Both the position numbers and the translations under genes were made by a program. The notes below the pieces were generated by a model that worked only from the letters and a program-made list of their open reading frames with translations, did not search any database and was not told the origin of the DNA. DNA of 55,644 nucleotides from a virus (Duplodnaviria; Caudoviricetes). Below are positions 39,320 through 47,195 of the stretch, piece by piece (within the stretch, counting starts at the first letter, position 1; every line of letters starts with the position of its first letter). The stretch is taken from IMG/VR virus record IMGVR_UViG_3300008261_000025, positions 1 through 55,644 of that record, one strand, 5' to 3'.

Positions 39320-39700
39320 ATGTTTATTAGGAAAATATCAGATATTATCGGCACTGATCGAGATATCGAATTTAGCCACAGTGGTTTTAAATCTCAAAGA
39401 TTACTTTTAGAAAAAGATGGAATGGGATTTTCATTCCATAAAACTATTTTGCCAAAGGGATTAAAACAAATTTGGCATTATAAAAAACATCTTGAGGCTT
39501 GCTACTGTATTGAGGGAGAGGCTTTTGTTACCGATTTAACAAATGGTAATGTGTTTCATATTTTGCCTGAAACAATTTATGTTTTAAATAATCACGAAAA
39601 ACATCAATTCGAGGCGATAAAAGACACAATTTTAATATCAGTATTTAATCCGCCTGTAAAAGGCAATGAGCAACACAACAACGAGGGAAGTTATGAATAA
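39320..39700 (+). CDS. ectC: Ectoine synthase (EctC)-family cupin, orphan
   Basis: S.RLLL..DGMGFSFH.T, HY..HLEA.YCIEG, Y.L..H..H, VFNPPV.G.E.H...G.Y; metal-ligand equivalents E59, Y87, H95 present. Confidence 0.9.
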   Translation: MFIRKISDIIGTDRDIEFSHSGFKSQRLLLEKDGMGFSFHKTILPKGLKQIWHYKKHLEACYCIEGEAFVTDLTNGNVFHILPETIYVLNNHEKHQFEAIKDTILISVFNPPVKGNEQHNNEGSYE

Positions 39701-40202
39701 ATCACCTGTATATAATATAAAGGCAGTTCCGCTAGAAAAGATACAAGCAAATGCTTACAACCCTAATAGTGTTGCTCCGCCTGAAATGAAATTATTAGAA
39801 TTGTCAATTTGGGAAGATGGCTATACAATGCCTATTGTTTGTTATTATTTAGCCGAGATTGATAAGTATGAAATAGTCGATGGTTATCATAGATATACAA
39901 CGATGCTAAAAAGCGAAAGAATTAGAGAGCGAGAGAATGGTTTAATACCAGTTTCTGTTATTGATAAGCCGCAAGGTGAAAGAATGGCATCAACAATTAG
40001 GCACAATAGAGCAAGAGGTTCGCACTCGGTAGAATTAATGTCTAATATTGTTGCAGAATTAGTAGAAATGGGTAAATCCGATGCTTGGATTGCAAAGCAT
40101 GTTGGTATGTCTGCCGATGAGCTACTTAGAATGAAACAAATTACAGGACTAGCAAGTTTATTCAAAGACAAAGAATTTAGCAAGTCTTGGGAGGCTGAAT
40201 AA
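39693..40202 (+). CDS. ibrB: IbrB-like ParB/Srx-domain protein (start moved to MNKSPV)
   Basis: PVY.I..VP..KI.AN.YNPN.VAPPEM.LL..SI.EDGYT.PIV, IVDG.HR, STIRHNRARG.H, FS.SW. Confidence 0.92.
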   Translation: MNKSPVYNIKAVPLEKIQANAYNPNSVAPPEMKLLELSIWEDGYTMPIVCYYLAEIDKYEIVDGYHRYTTMLKSERIRERENGLIPVSVIDKPQGERMASTIRHNRARGSHSVELMSNIVAELVEMGKSDAWIAKHVGMSADELLRMKQITGLASLFKDKEFSKSWEAE

Positions 40203-40204
40203 AA

Positions 40205-41449
40205 GTGGATAATTTTAATTATCAACAAAATGCTTTTGAAAAATTAGATAAATTAAAGGGCGGAATTCTATTTATGTCAATGGGAACTGGCAAGACTAAG
40301 GTTGCCGTTGATTTAGCCATATCAAAACAAGATAAATTTGATATAGTGTTATGGATCGCCCCAGCCTCTTTAATTTGTGAAGATAATTATAAGGCAGAAA
40401 TTGATAAATGGGGTAATAACCTCAAAAAACCGATAAAGTATTTTTCGATTGAAGGTGTTGGCAGTAGCGAAAATAATTTTCTTAATCTAATTAATTTAGC
40501 AACAAATAATAAAACATTTTGCATAATTGACGAAAGCATAACTATTAAAAATATGATTGCCAAAAGAACTAAAAGATTAATAGAAAATTGGCATCTTTTT
40601 ACTTTTAGATTAATTCTCAATGGCACTCCACTCACTAATAGCTTGCTTGATTTATATTCACAAATTAATTTTATTCACCCGTCAATATTAAAAATGACTG
40701 AAAGTCAATTTGCTAATAATTTTTTATGTTTTAAAAAAGATAGCTACCGTAGTTATGCAAAATCAAACAAACCAGCAAATCAAGAAGCATTAATAGAAAT
40801 AATAAGACCATATATATTTGACACCGCACTTTTAATTGACAAGAAAATTTATAATAAAGAGTTTATAGTAAAAATGTCTATTTTTGAAAAATTTAACTAC
40901 GAAAATTTTAAAAATAACATAATCAATTCTAGCGAGCAAATTATGGATTTTCTAGGCATAGCACAAAAATTGCAAAATTTTTATTCAAATAATTGCGAAG
41001 AGAAATTTGTTAAATTAAAAGAAATTGCGGAAAATATATTGGCAAAAGGCGAAAAAGTTATAATATATGTAAAGTTTTTAAGCGAATTAGAAAAATTAAA
41101 GGAATTATTTAAAGATGCGGTAGAATATTCTGGCAAAGACAAAAGCGGTATTTCTAAGTTTAAAAAAGATGCTAATATACTAATATCAACTTATGGAACT
41201 GGAAGTTTAGGACATAATCTGCAATTTTGCAATAATATTATTTACTTTACTCAAACATTTAATTACAAAGATAAGGAACAAAGTCTACATAGAATATATC
41301 GAGTCGGGCAGAAAAAAGATTGCAATATATATAATTTTTATATCAACACCGGACTTGACAAATTGATAGAAAATAATTTGATTAAAAAAACAAATTTACT
41401 TTTTGATGTAAAAAAAATAATTTCACAAAATAATTTAAAAAATTTGTAA
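40205..41449 (+). CDS. SNF2-family helicase/ATPase
   Basis: MGTGKT, IIDES, LNGTP, GHNLQ, QS..RI.R.GQ. Confidence 0.88.
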   Translation: MDNFNYQQNAFEKLDKLKGGILFMSMGTGKTKVAVDLAISKQDKFDIVLWIAPASLICEDNYKAEIDKWGNNLKKPIKYFSIEGVGSSENNFLNLINLATNNKTFCIIDESITIKNMIAKRTKRLIENWHLFTFRLILNGTPLTNSLLDLYSQINFIHPSILKMTESQFANNFLCFKKDSYRSYAKSNKPANQEALIEIIRPYIFDTALLIDKKIYNKEFIVKMSIFEKFNYENFKNNIINSSEQIMDFLGIAQKLQNFYSNNCEEKFVKLKEIAENILAKGEKVIIYVKFLSELEKLKELFKDAVEYSGKDKSGISKFKKDANILISTYGTGSLGHNLQFCNNIIYFTQTFNYKDKEQSLHRIYRVGQKKDCNIYNFYINTGLDKLIENNLIKKTNLLFDVKKIISQNNLKNL

Positions 41450-41529
41450 ATAGCCGTTGACTTTTTATTTTTTATTACATAAAATATCTTTTGTCAAGAG
41501 TTCTTGACAATTACTAATTTAACTAAAAA
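41448..41529 (+). repeat. 82-bp direct repeat, right copy (promoter copy 4 plus hairpin)
   Basis: Matches 37367-37448; begins within the SNF2 stop codon. Confidence 0.95.
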
Positions 41530-41540
41530 CTAAAAACAAA

Positions 41541-42044
41541 ATGACAAACTACAAATATAACACTTATGCCGAAGCATTTGAAGCAGTAAAAAGTTCTTAC
41601 TGTAATATAGAAAAAGTTAATCCTGAAATAGAAAATTACGAAGCTATTGTTATTATTGCACTAAGTAAAAATTATTGCGCTTTACAATATGTAAGCGATA
41701 AAGCAAGAGATAATAAAGATATTGCTACAATTGCAGTAAGTCAATCTGGTGACAATATAATTTATGTAAGCGATAGATTAAAAGATAACTATGATATTGC
41801 TATGATTGCGGTAAGCAACAGTTTTGATTGTATCAAAAGGGTAAGTGAAAGATTAAGAGATGACGAACAGCTTGGTATGATTTCGGTAAGTAAAAGTTGG
41901 CTAAATTTACAATTTTTAAGCGAAAGACTGAAAAATAATAAAAAAATTGTTATGGTTGCAGTAAGCAGAAATGGTGAAGCCTTGAATATTGCTGGCGAAG
42001 AGCTAAGAAATGATCCTGAATTAATTGCTTTGGCAAAAAGATAA
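41541..42044 (+). CDS. DUF4116-repeat protein
   Basis: 25-aa repeats (AV.....L.YVS.RL.DN..I); C-terminal LRNDPELIALAK. Confidence 0.8.
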   Translation: MTNYKYNTYAEAFEAVKSSYCNIEKVNPEIENYEAIVIIALSKNYCALQYVSDKARDNKDIATIAVSQSGDNIIYVSDRLKDNYDIAMIAVSNSFDCIKRVSERLRDDEQLGMISVSKSWLNLQFLSERLKNNKKIVMVAVSRNGEALNIAGEELRNDPELIALAKR

Positions 42045-42059
42045 ATCTAAAAACTTAAA

Positions 42060-42088
42060 CCAACTTGTAAGCAAAATTTACAAGTTGG
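42060..42088. other. Intergenic 11-bp hairpin without a U-tract
   Basis: ccaacttgtaa-gcaaaat-ttacaagttgg. Confidence 0.6.
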
Positions 42089-42118
42089 CTTAATAAATCA
42101 AAAAATAACTAATTAAAA

Positions 42119-42328
42119 ATGACAGACTTAACAGAACACGAATTTAATTATTGTAATAGCGATTATACAATTGAAACACTAATTAATAAGTGCAAAAAAA
42201 ATCAAATTATTAAACCAAATTATCAAAGCGAAAATAGAAAGTGGACTGATGATATGTCTTCAGCTTTGATATTATCAATTATTAAGGGTGTGCCGATACC
42301 ACCAATTTATTTATTTCAACAAAGATAA
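42119..42328 (+). CDS. Stand-alone N-terminal fragment of a DUF262 (GmrSD/ParB-like) domain
   Basis: P.YQ...R.W....S.LI.SI..G.PIP.IYL, then stop; DGQQR part missing. Confidence 0.65.
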   Translation: MTDLTEHEFNYCNSDYTIETLINKCKKNQIIKPNYQSENRKWTDDMSSALILSIIKGVPIPPIYLFQQR

Positions 42329-42346
42329 CTTAAACTTAAAAACAAA

Positions 42347-42544
42347 ATGAAAGAAAAAAAAGAAATAAATGTAATCGAAACACTCGAAAATTGTAAAGCA
42401 TTTATCAAGGGTCAAAAACAAATTTTCGAACAAAAAGAAGTTGTTGACAGTATAGACAATCATATTGAGGCACTTGATAGAGCTATTGCAATGATTAAAA
42501 GCTATGACGAATTTTTAGAGCAATTAGATAATTCCACTAAATAA
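42347..42544 (+). CDS. Hypothetical protein
   Basis: 65 aa helical; A-rich leader. Confidence 0.6.
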   Translation: MKEKKEINVIETLENCKAFIKGQKQIFEQKEVVDSIDNHIEALDRAIAMIKSYDEFLEQLDNSTK

Positions 42545-42654
42545 TTTGCAAGAAAATAAAGAATTATCAATTTTTAGCTCTGATTCTAATTTAGAATTAA
42601 AAGGTAAATGGTATTTTCTTTAATAATTTAATAAACTTAAAAACTAAAAACAGA

Positions 42655-43062
42655 ATGAAAATAAATTTAGATTACATTTTTCAACAATCATCGCCAATTT
42701 ACATTTTAAAACATCTTTTAGAATGTTATGAATTGCCAGAACTAAAAGAGGTTGACGATGCCATGAAAGAATTATCAACAAGTAAAAACACCGATGTTTT
42801 TATTAAAATTCTTAACAATATTTTTGATAAGGCAAAACAAGAGTGGAGTGAAATCGACTTATATTTTGAAAAAATAGACAGCAATATTAGCTTTTGGGAA
42901 GAAGGCAAAGAAGAGAATTGGGTTAGATTTGTAGCCGATGAAGGAATGCAGAATTGGAATGTTTTGCAAGATGCTCTTAACGAAATTGATTATAAAACGA
43001 AACCTTATGTTTTTATAATTGCTTGCCTTTGCGATAAAATGTTTGCTTATGAACTGAAATAA
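42655..43062 (+). CDS. Hypothetical protein
   Basis: 135 aa acidic; A-rich leader. Confidence 0.65.
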   Translation: MKINLDYIFQQSSPIYILKHLLECYELPELKEVDDAMKELSTSKNTDVFIKILNNIFDKAKQEWSEIDLYFEKIDSNISFWEEGKEENWVRFVADEGMQNWNVLQDALNEIDYKTKPYVFIIACLCDKMFAYELK

Positions 43063-43072
43063 AAAACTAAAT

Positions 43073-43321
43073 ATGATAAAAACAAACACTCATTATCCAA
43101 ACACTCATTATCGTATATGCCTAGAAAAGCCTACTCGAGATGCAGTAAAACTTATTGATAAATATTTTATTGCTGGAGCAGATAAAAATCTTTGCGAATA
43201 TTTTGCAAAATTTGACAAAGAATATGATGGTAAATCTTATAATTCTTTTTCTTTGCTAACAAAAATTAAGATTTATCATTTACATTGCACTATTGATATT
43301 TTAAATGATTTAATTAAATAG
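43073..43321 (+). CDS. Hypothetical protein
   Basis: 82 aa; 15-nt tandem duplication at 43083-43112. Confidence 0.55.
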   Translation: MIKTNTHYPNTHYRICLEKPTRDAVKLIDKYFIAGADKNLCEYFAKFDKEYDGKSYNSFSLLTKIKIYHLHCTIDILNDLIK

Positions 43322-43429
43322 TTGACATTTATTTTTTATTATATAAAATATTTTTTATAGTATATCGGATTTACCGACATACTGCTAACAAATTAATTTC
43401 AACTATTAGGAAAAATCTAATAGTTGAAA
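43322..43429 (+). promoter_or_regulatory. Repeated early promoter copy 5 with two hairpins
   Basis: TTGACA-16-TAAAAT; agtat.tcgg-attta-ccga.atact (43359-43383); tttcaactattag/ctaatagttgaaa (43397-43429). Confidence 0.8.
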
Positions 43430-43448
43430 CAAAGTTAATAAACTAACT

Positions 43449-43718
43449 ATGAAAAACATAATTAACTTAATAAAAGAAAACGATTTTGAAGGGTTTAAAA
43501 CTGCAATAGAGAATGGTGCAGATGTTAATGCAAAAACTATTCACGGGTGGAATTATCTGCATTTTGCATCTTCCCTTAATCGTAAAGAATTTGCGGAATT
43601 TTTGATTGAAAAAGGGATAGATATTGAAGCAAAAGATCAGGATGGCTGGACTCCTTTATATATTGCAGAACAGGAATGTTATCAAGAAATGATTGATTTA
43701 TTAACAAACAAAAAATAA
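43449..43718 (+). CDS. Ankyrin-repeat protein
   Basis: GADVNAK..GW..LH.A, LIEKG.DI.AKD.DGWTPL. Confidence 0.9.
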   Translation: MKNIINLIKENDFEGFKTAIENGADVNAKTIHGWNYLHFASSLNRKEFAEFLIEKGIDIEAKDQDGWTPLYIAEQECYQEMIDLLTNKK

Positions 43719-43720
43719 CT

Positions 43721-43861
43721 ATGAAAAAACTAATTTTTATAACAATTTTTACAATTTTGCTAGATGGGAAGCCTTACGATGATGGTCTTGATTGTCTAGG
43801 AGGGGTTTGCACCGCAAACAAAATAGAATGCAACGAAACTAGATGTTTGTATTCACAATAA
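43721..43861 (+). CDS. Small exported 4-Cys peptide (not in ORF track)
   Basis: MKKLIFITIFTILLDGKPYDDGLDCLGGVCTANKIECNETRCLYSQ. Confidence 0.55.
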   Translation: MKKLIFITIFTILLDGKPYDDGLDCLGGVCTANKIECNETRCLYSQ

Positions 43862-43870
43862 TTAAAAACT

Positions 43871-44263
43871 ATGGAAATAAAATTTAACGGAAATAAAAGT
43901 GTTATTTTTATCAATACAGATAAAAACACTGAAAAAGAATTTAGTAGAGCCGAGTTTGAGAGCTATTACTTAAGCCAGAAAAGATATTATATCTGCAAAG
44001 AATTAGAAATTTCGCAAAATACATTTGCAAAAGTTTTAAATACTTTAAAAATATCTTTGAAAAATAAGCCTAGAAACTCACCTTTGATCGGTCGCCCTAG
44101 AAAGCACATCGACGAAAAAACATTTCGCAAAATTTATCAAGAAAATTCTATTAGGGTTGCAATGAAAAAATTGGGAATGAGCGGGGCAACATTTTATAAA
44201 TTTGTCGATTTATATAATGTCAAGAAAAAACGAAAAACTATTATAACAAGTGAAATTAAATAA
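43871..44263 (+). CDS. Tandem helix-turn-helix DNA-binding protein
   Basis: ICKELEISQNTF and GRPRK...AMKKLGMSGATFYK. Confidence 0.65.
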   Translation: MEIKFNGNKSVIFINTDKNTEKEFSRAEFESYYLSQKRYYICKELEISQNTFAKVLNTLKISLKNKPRNSPLIGRPRKHIDEKTFRKIYQENSIRVAMKKLGMSGATFYKFVDLYNVKKKRKTIITSEIK

Positions 44264-44441
44264 AAGAAATTTACTGCCAAATTTATTGCTTTTTAGCATT
44301 ATTTGTATGCAAACTATTATTGCTGTTGATTTTATTTATGATATAAAATACATCGATTTTGACAGCACTAAAATATTTATCGAAAGGTTTGGCTTCTGGT
44401 GTTTTTTGTATAATTATTTGAAAAAAAATGAAACGAATTAA
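44250..44441 (+). CDS. Small hydrophobic protein
   Basis: 63 aa with a TM-like segment; overlaps neighbours. Confidence 0.45.
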   Translation: MKLNKRNLLPNLLLFSIICMQTIIAVDFIYDIKYIDFDSTKIFIERFGFWCFLYNYLKKNETN

Positions 44442-44886
44442 AGAAGTATTTGTTAAATTATATAATTATGGAATTCTGCCGTTTGCAATTTTTTTATTTG
44501 CATATAATCTGCATTATGCTGATAATATAATAAAATTTTTGGGTAATTCTATTTTGTATCCTTTATTTTTTGCACTACTATTTTTTTTATATGCAATAGT
44601 AAAGTTAGCGATAATAAATCTTACATCCTACCGAACTGCAATTATGATATATAAAAATACAGACAAGATAGGAGCTGCTAGCAAAAAGATAGTGGATTTT
44701 AATTGGGAAAATATTAAAAAAATTATGTGGTTTGGAAAGGTTGAGTTTTTATCAAAAAGTGAGGCAAAAAATAGGAAAGAAGAAATTATTGAAGTCTGTA
44801 AAACTCAATTAGAATCTAAAGATGAATATGCTGAACTGTTAGCAATATTTTTAGATGACGAACTCTTTTATGAAAATCAATCTTAG
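44428..44886 (+). CDS. Membrane protein
   Basis: Two hydrophobic segments. Confidence 0.65.
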   Translation: MKRIKEVFVKLYNYGILPFAIFLFAYNLHYADNIIKFLGNSILYPLFFALLFFLYAIVKLAIINLTSYRTAIMIYKNTDKIGAASKKIVDFNWENIKKIMWFGKVEFLSKSEAKNRKEEIIEVCKTQLESKDEYAELLAIFLDDELFYENQS

Positions 44887-44928
44887 CCTGTATATGGTGA
44901 GAGTTTAAAAATAAAACAGGAGTAAAAA

Positions 44929-45393
44929 ATGAAAAACACAGAATTATTAGATAAAAATGGCAAAGAAATAGAGTTAAATCATATCGTTAAAATTTCCGGA
45001 GAATTTAAGCATATATTTTTCTTTGAAGGCTGTTTTGGCTTTATGATGGGTGTAAATAGTATAGCCAGAGACGATCAAAAATTAAAGAAATATGGAATTG
45101 ATGCTTTTGTGCCAATTTCAGGAGCAAGAGCAAAAAATATGGAAGTTATTGGGACTTGGACTGGACTAAAAGATAAAAATGGAAATTTAATTTTAAAAAA
45201 TGATATTGTTAAGATTAATAACAGAAATTTTATTATATCAATAAAAGAAAAGCGAAGACTTTCTTTTAAAGAAGTAGATAACTTTTACAACGTAATAGAA
45301 ACAAATCTTGTTATGATAACCATTAAATCTGATACAGATATTGAAATAATAAAATCAAATTGTGGATTTTTAATTGCAGAAGATAATAATTGA
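44929..45393 (+). CDS. Protein with two YopX-like repeats
   Basis: TELLDKNGKEI...IV and TGLKDKNG..I..NDIV; one of few genes with a GGAG SD. Confidence 0.65.
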   Translation: MKNTELLDKNGKEIELNHIVKISGEFKHIFFFEGCFGFMMGVNSIARDDQKLKKYGIDAFVPISGARAKNMEVIGTWTGLKDKNGNLILKNDIVKINNRNFIISIKEKRRLSFKEVDNFYNVIETNLVMITIKSDTDIEIIKSNCGFLIAEDNN

Positions 45394-45417
45394 CAAATAA
45401 AAAAGACGATTTATTAT
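45390..45417 (+). promoter_or_regulatory. Candidate promoter for the RNA region and replication operon
   Basis: TTGACA-16-TATTAT. Confidence 0.5.
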
Positions 45418-45453
45418 ATTAAATGCTATTATTAAAAGGCATCAAAAAAAATA

Positions 45454-45526
45454 GGCAGGAACGCCCCAAAGTAGGGTATAAGGTTATGCAAAAACTTTAT
45501 TAATGGTTCGACTCCACTCCGGGCCA
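45454..45526 (+). tRNA. Degenerate tRNA-like element (GCA, Cys-type loop) inside a 22-bp stem
   Basis: T-loop tgg-ttcgact-cca; ataaggtt-atgcaaa-aactttat arm; ccc/ggg D-like arm; irregular acceptor stem. Confidence 0.45.
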
Positions 45527-45565
45527 CAAATGTTTTTTTGATGCTTTTTAATAAATTAATAGCAA

Positions 45566-45702
45566 GACTAGTAAGCGTCGGATTTAAGCGTGGCGTCCGT
45601 AGGGATTGCAGGCTACAAATTATTTTGTAGCAAACTCGCTCCGAGGACTAGTCGAAAAATTATGACTGTGGCAAGGTTATCGGAGGCACCAATGCCACAG
45701 TC
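45566..45702 (+). ncRNA. Multi-stem structured RNA upstream of replication genes
   Basis: gactagt/actagtc, tcgga/tccga, gctacaaa/tttgtagc and gactgtggca/tgccacagtc stems. Confidence 0.55.
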
Positions 45703-45734
45703 TCCAAAATTAAAGTAATTCAAGCAAAGTAATT

Positions 45735-45929
45735 ATGAAATCAACAGAAGATTTATTAACAGAAGAGACTAAGAAGCTTGTTGGATATATTATGCCAATA
45801 CTAGAAGCATCTCAGGTTCTGCCAGAAACAAAATTAAATATAAAATCAATCCTTTGGAATTATAAGGATAATTTATTAGAAAAGTTAATCAAGCAAAGTA
45901 ATTATGACAAATCAAGCAACAAATTCTAA
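45735..45929 (+). CDS. Hypothetical protein
   Basis: 64 aa; shares a 19-nt start region with the next gene. Confidence 0.6.
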   Translation: MKSTEDLLTEETKKLVGYIMPILEASQVLPETKLNIKSILWNYKDNLLEKLIKQSNYDKSSNKF

Positions 45930-46623
45930 AAGCTTTATAATTCACAAAGATAGTCTATCAGTCTTAAAAAAACTTACAAAAGAAGAGGCTGGGGAACTTT
46001 TTTTAGCCATAAGTGATTATCAAAATGAAGGTAAATTACCCACTAATAAACTAATATCAATCATTTTTGAACCATTTTTAAATCAATTTAAAAGAGATGA
46101 TGAGAAGTTCTTAAATGTGTGTGAAAGAAATAAAATCAATGGCTCAAAAGGTGGAAGACCTAAAACCCAAAATAACCCAGTGGGTTATTTGGGAACCCAA
46201 GATAACCCAAAAGAACCCAAAAAAGCCGATAGTGATAGTAATAGTAATAGTGATAGTAACAATGATATTAAAAATGATAGTAACAATAATAATGATAATA
46301 TAAATAATTCTATTACCGAAAATATTATAACAGAAAATCAACCACTGCAAAAAAATATTGAAAAAGTTGAGATAGTTAAAAAAAGATTTATAAAACCAAC
46401 TATTGACGAACTAACCGCTTACTGTAATGAATTTGCACTTAACATCGACCCAAAACATTTTATTGATTATTACGAATCGAATGGTTGGAAGATAAATAAA
46501 AACCCAATGAAAGACTGGCAAGCCACTGCTAGAAATTGGAATCGTCGAAATTATAACAAACCTTCTGGCAAAAAACAAACTCCAATGGACTTCGTGCCAG
46601 ATTTTGATTTTATTAAAGAATAA
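45904..46623 (+). CDS. Replication initiator (DUF6291-like N-terminus)
   Basis: KSFI....L..L..EEAG.LF.AI..Y, N..NG.KGGRP, F.KPT..E, F.DYYE.NGW..KNPMKDWQA..RNW. Confidence 0.8.
   Translation: MTNQATNSKSFIIHKDSLSVLKKLTKEEAGELFLAISDYQNEGKLPTNKLISIIFEPFLNQFKRDDEKFLNVCERNKINGSKGGRPKTQNNPVGYLGTQDNPKEPKKADSDSNSNSDSNNDIKNDSNNNNDNINNSITENIITENQPLQKNIEKVEIVKKRFIKPTIDELTAYCNEFALNIDPKHFIDYYESNGWKINKNPMKDWQATARNWNRRNYNKPSGKKQTPMDFVPDFDFIKE
46164..46260. repeat. Candidate replication origin (iterons within the initiator gene)
   Basis: AACCCA at 46164, 46174, 46194, 46204, 46214; inverted TGGGTT at 46181; then RATAGT hexamer repeats. Confidence 0.65.
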
Positions 46624-46625
46624 TT

Positions 46626-47195
46626 ATGATTAGTTTAGAAAATTTTAAAAAACAAATGACTTTAATTGCCACGAATTACCAATTACAGGTCGATAGTTCC
46701 TACCTTAATTTGATATTGGTGGTTTTGCAAAAACACAATATTAGCGATACTGAACTTGCTAATGCTTGCAACAAAATGGTTGAAGAAGTTACTTACGAAG
46801 AGTTTAAAAGTCGCTACGGATATAACAATATGCCAACAGCCGCCGATTGGTTAAAATTATGCAAGTCAAAAAACAATACAGACGATGCAGAATACCAAGT
46901 GGAGTTGATTTTAAGCGAGGCAGAGGGGTATTCTAGTAAATTACCAACATTTTCTAATAAAATTACTGAAGATGTATCTAAAAGGCATTTCCAGCGAATT
47001 AAATGGGATTTAGATAAGACTAATTACCAAAAAAAAGAAAGACATTTTGTAAAAAAAGAATTAAAAGAGATTTGGATTGCAACAAAGGATAGAATTGATA
47101 ATCAGGCAAATGAATTAAAAACTGGAATTGAGAGCAATAAAAAGGATATTGCCTTACTTATTAACAATCTTTTTAAGAAAAAAAATGCACAATAA
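46626..47195 (+). CDS. Hypothetical replication-associated protein
   Basis: Directly after the initiator; MPT.AD motif resembling loader-like proteins. Confidence 0.55.
   Translation: MISLENFKKQMTLIATNYQLQVDSSYLNLILVVLQKHNISDTELANACNKMVEEVTYEEFKSRYGYNNMPTAADWLKLCKSKNNTDDAEYQVELILSEAEGYSSKLPTFSNKITEDVSKRHFQRIKWDLDKTNYQKKERHFVKKELKEIWIATKDRIDNQANELKTGIESNKKDIALLINNLFKKKNAQ

Noticed and set aside
39320-39700. Complete ectoine biosynthesis auxiliary pathway
   Set aside because: ectA and ectB are absent and the gene is embedded in ibrAB; an osmolyte role using host precursor is not excluded but is unsupported here
38020-40202. Canonical Dnd/Ssp phosphorothioation or sulfate-assimilation CysH
   Set aside because: No DndA/D/E or Ssp partners seen; motifs match the IbrA/IbrB pair instead
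45454-45526. Functional tRNA-Cys or attP site
   Set aside because: Acceptor stem and D arm are non-canonical and no integrase was found; kept only as a tRNA-like element
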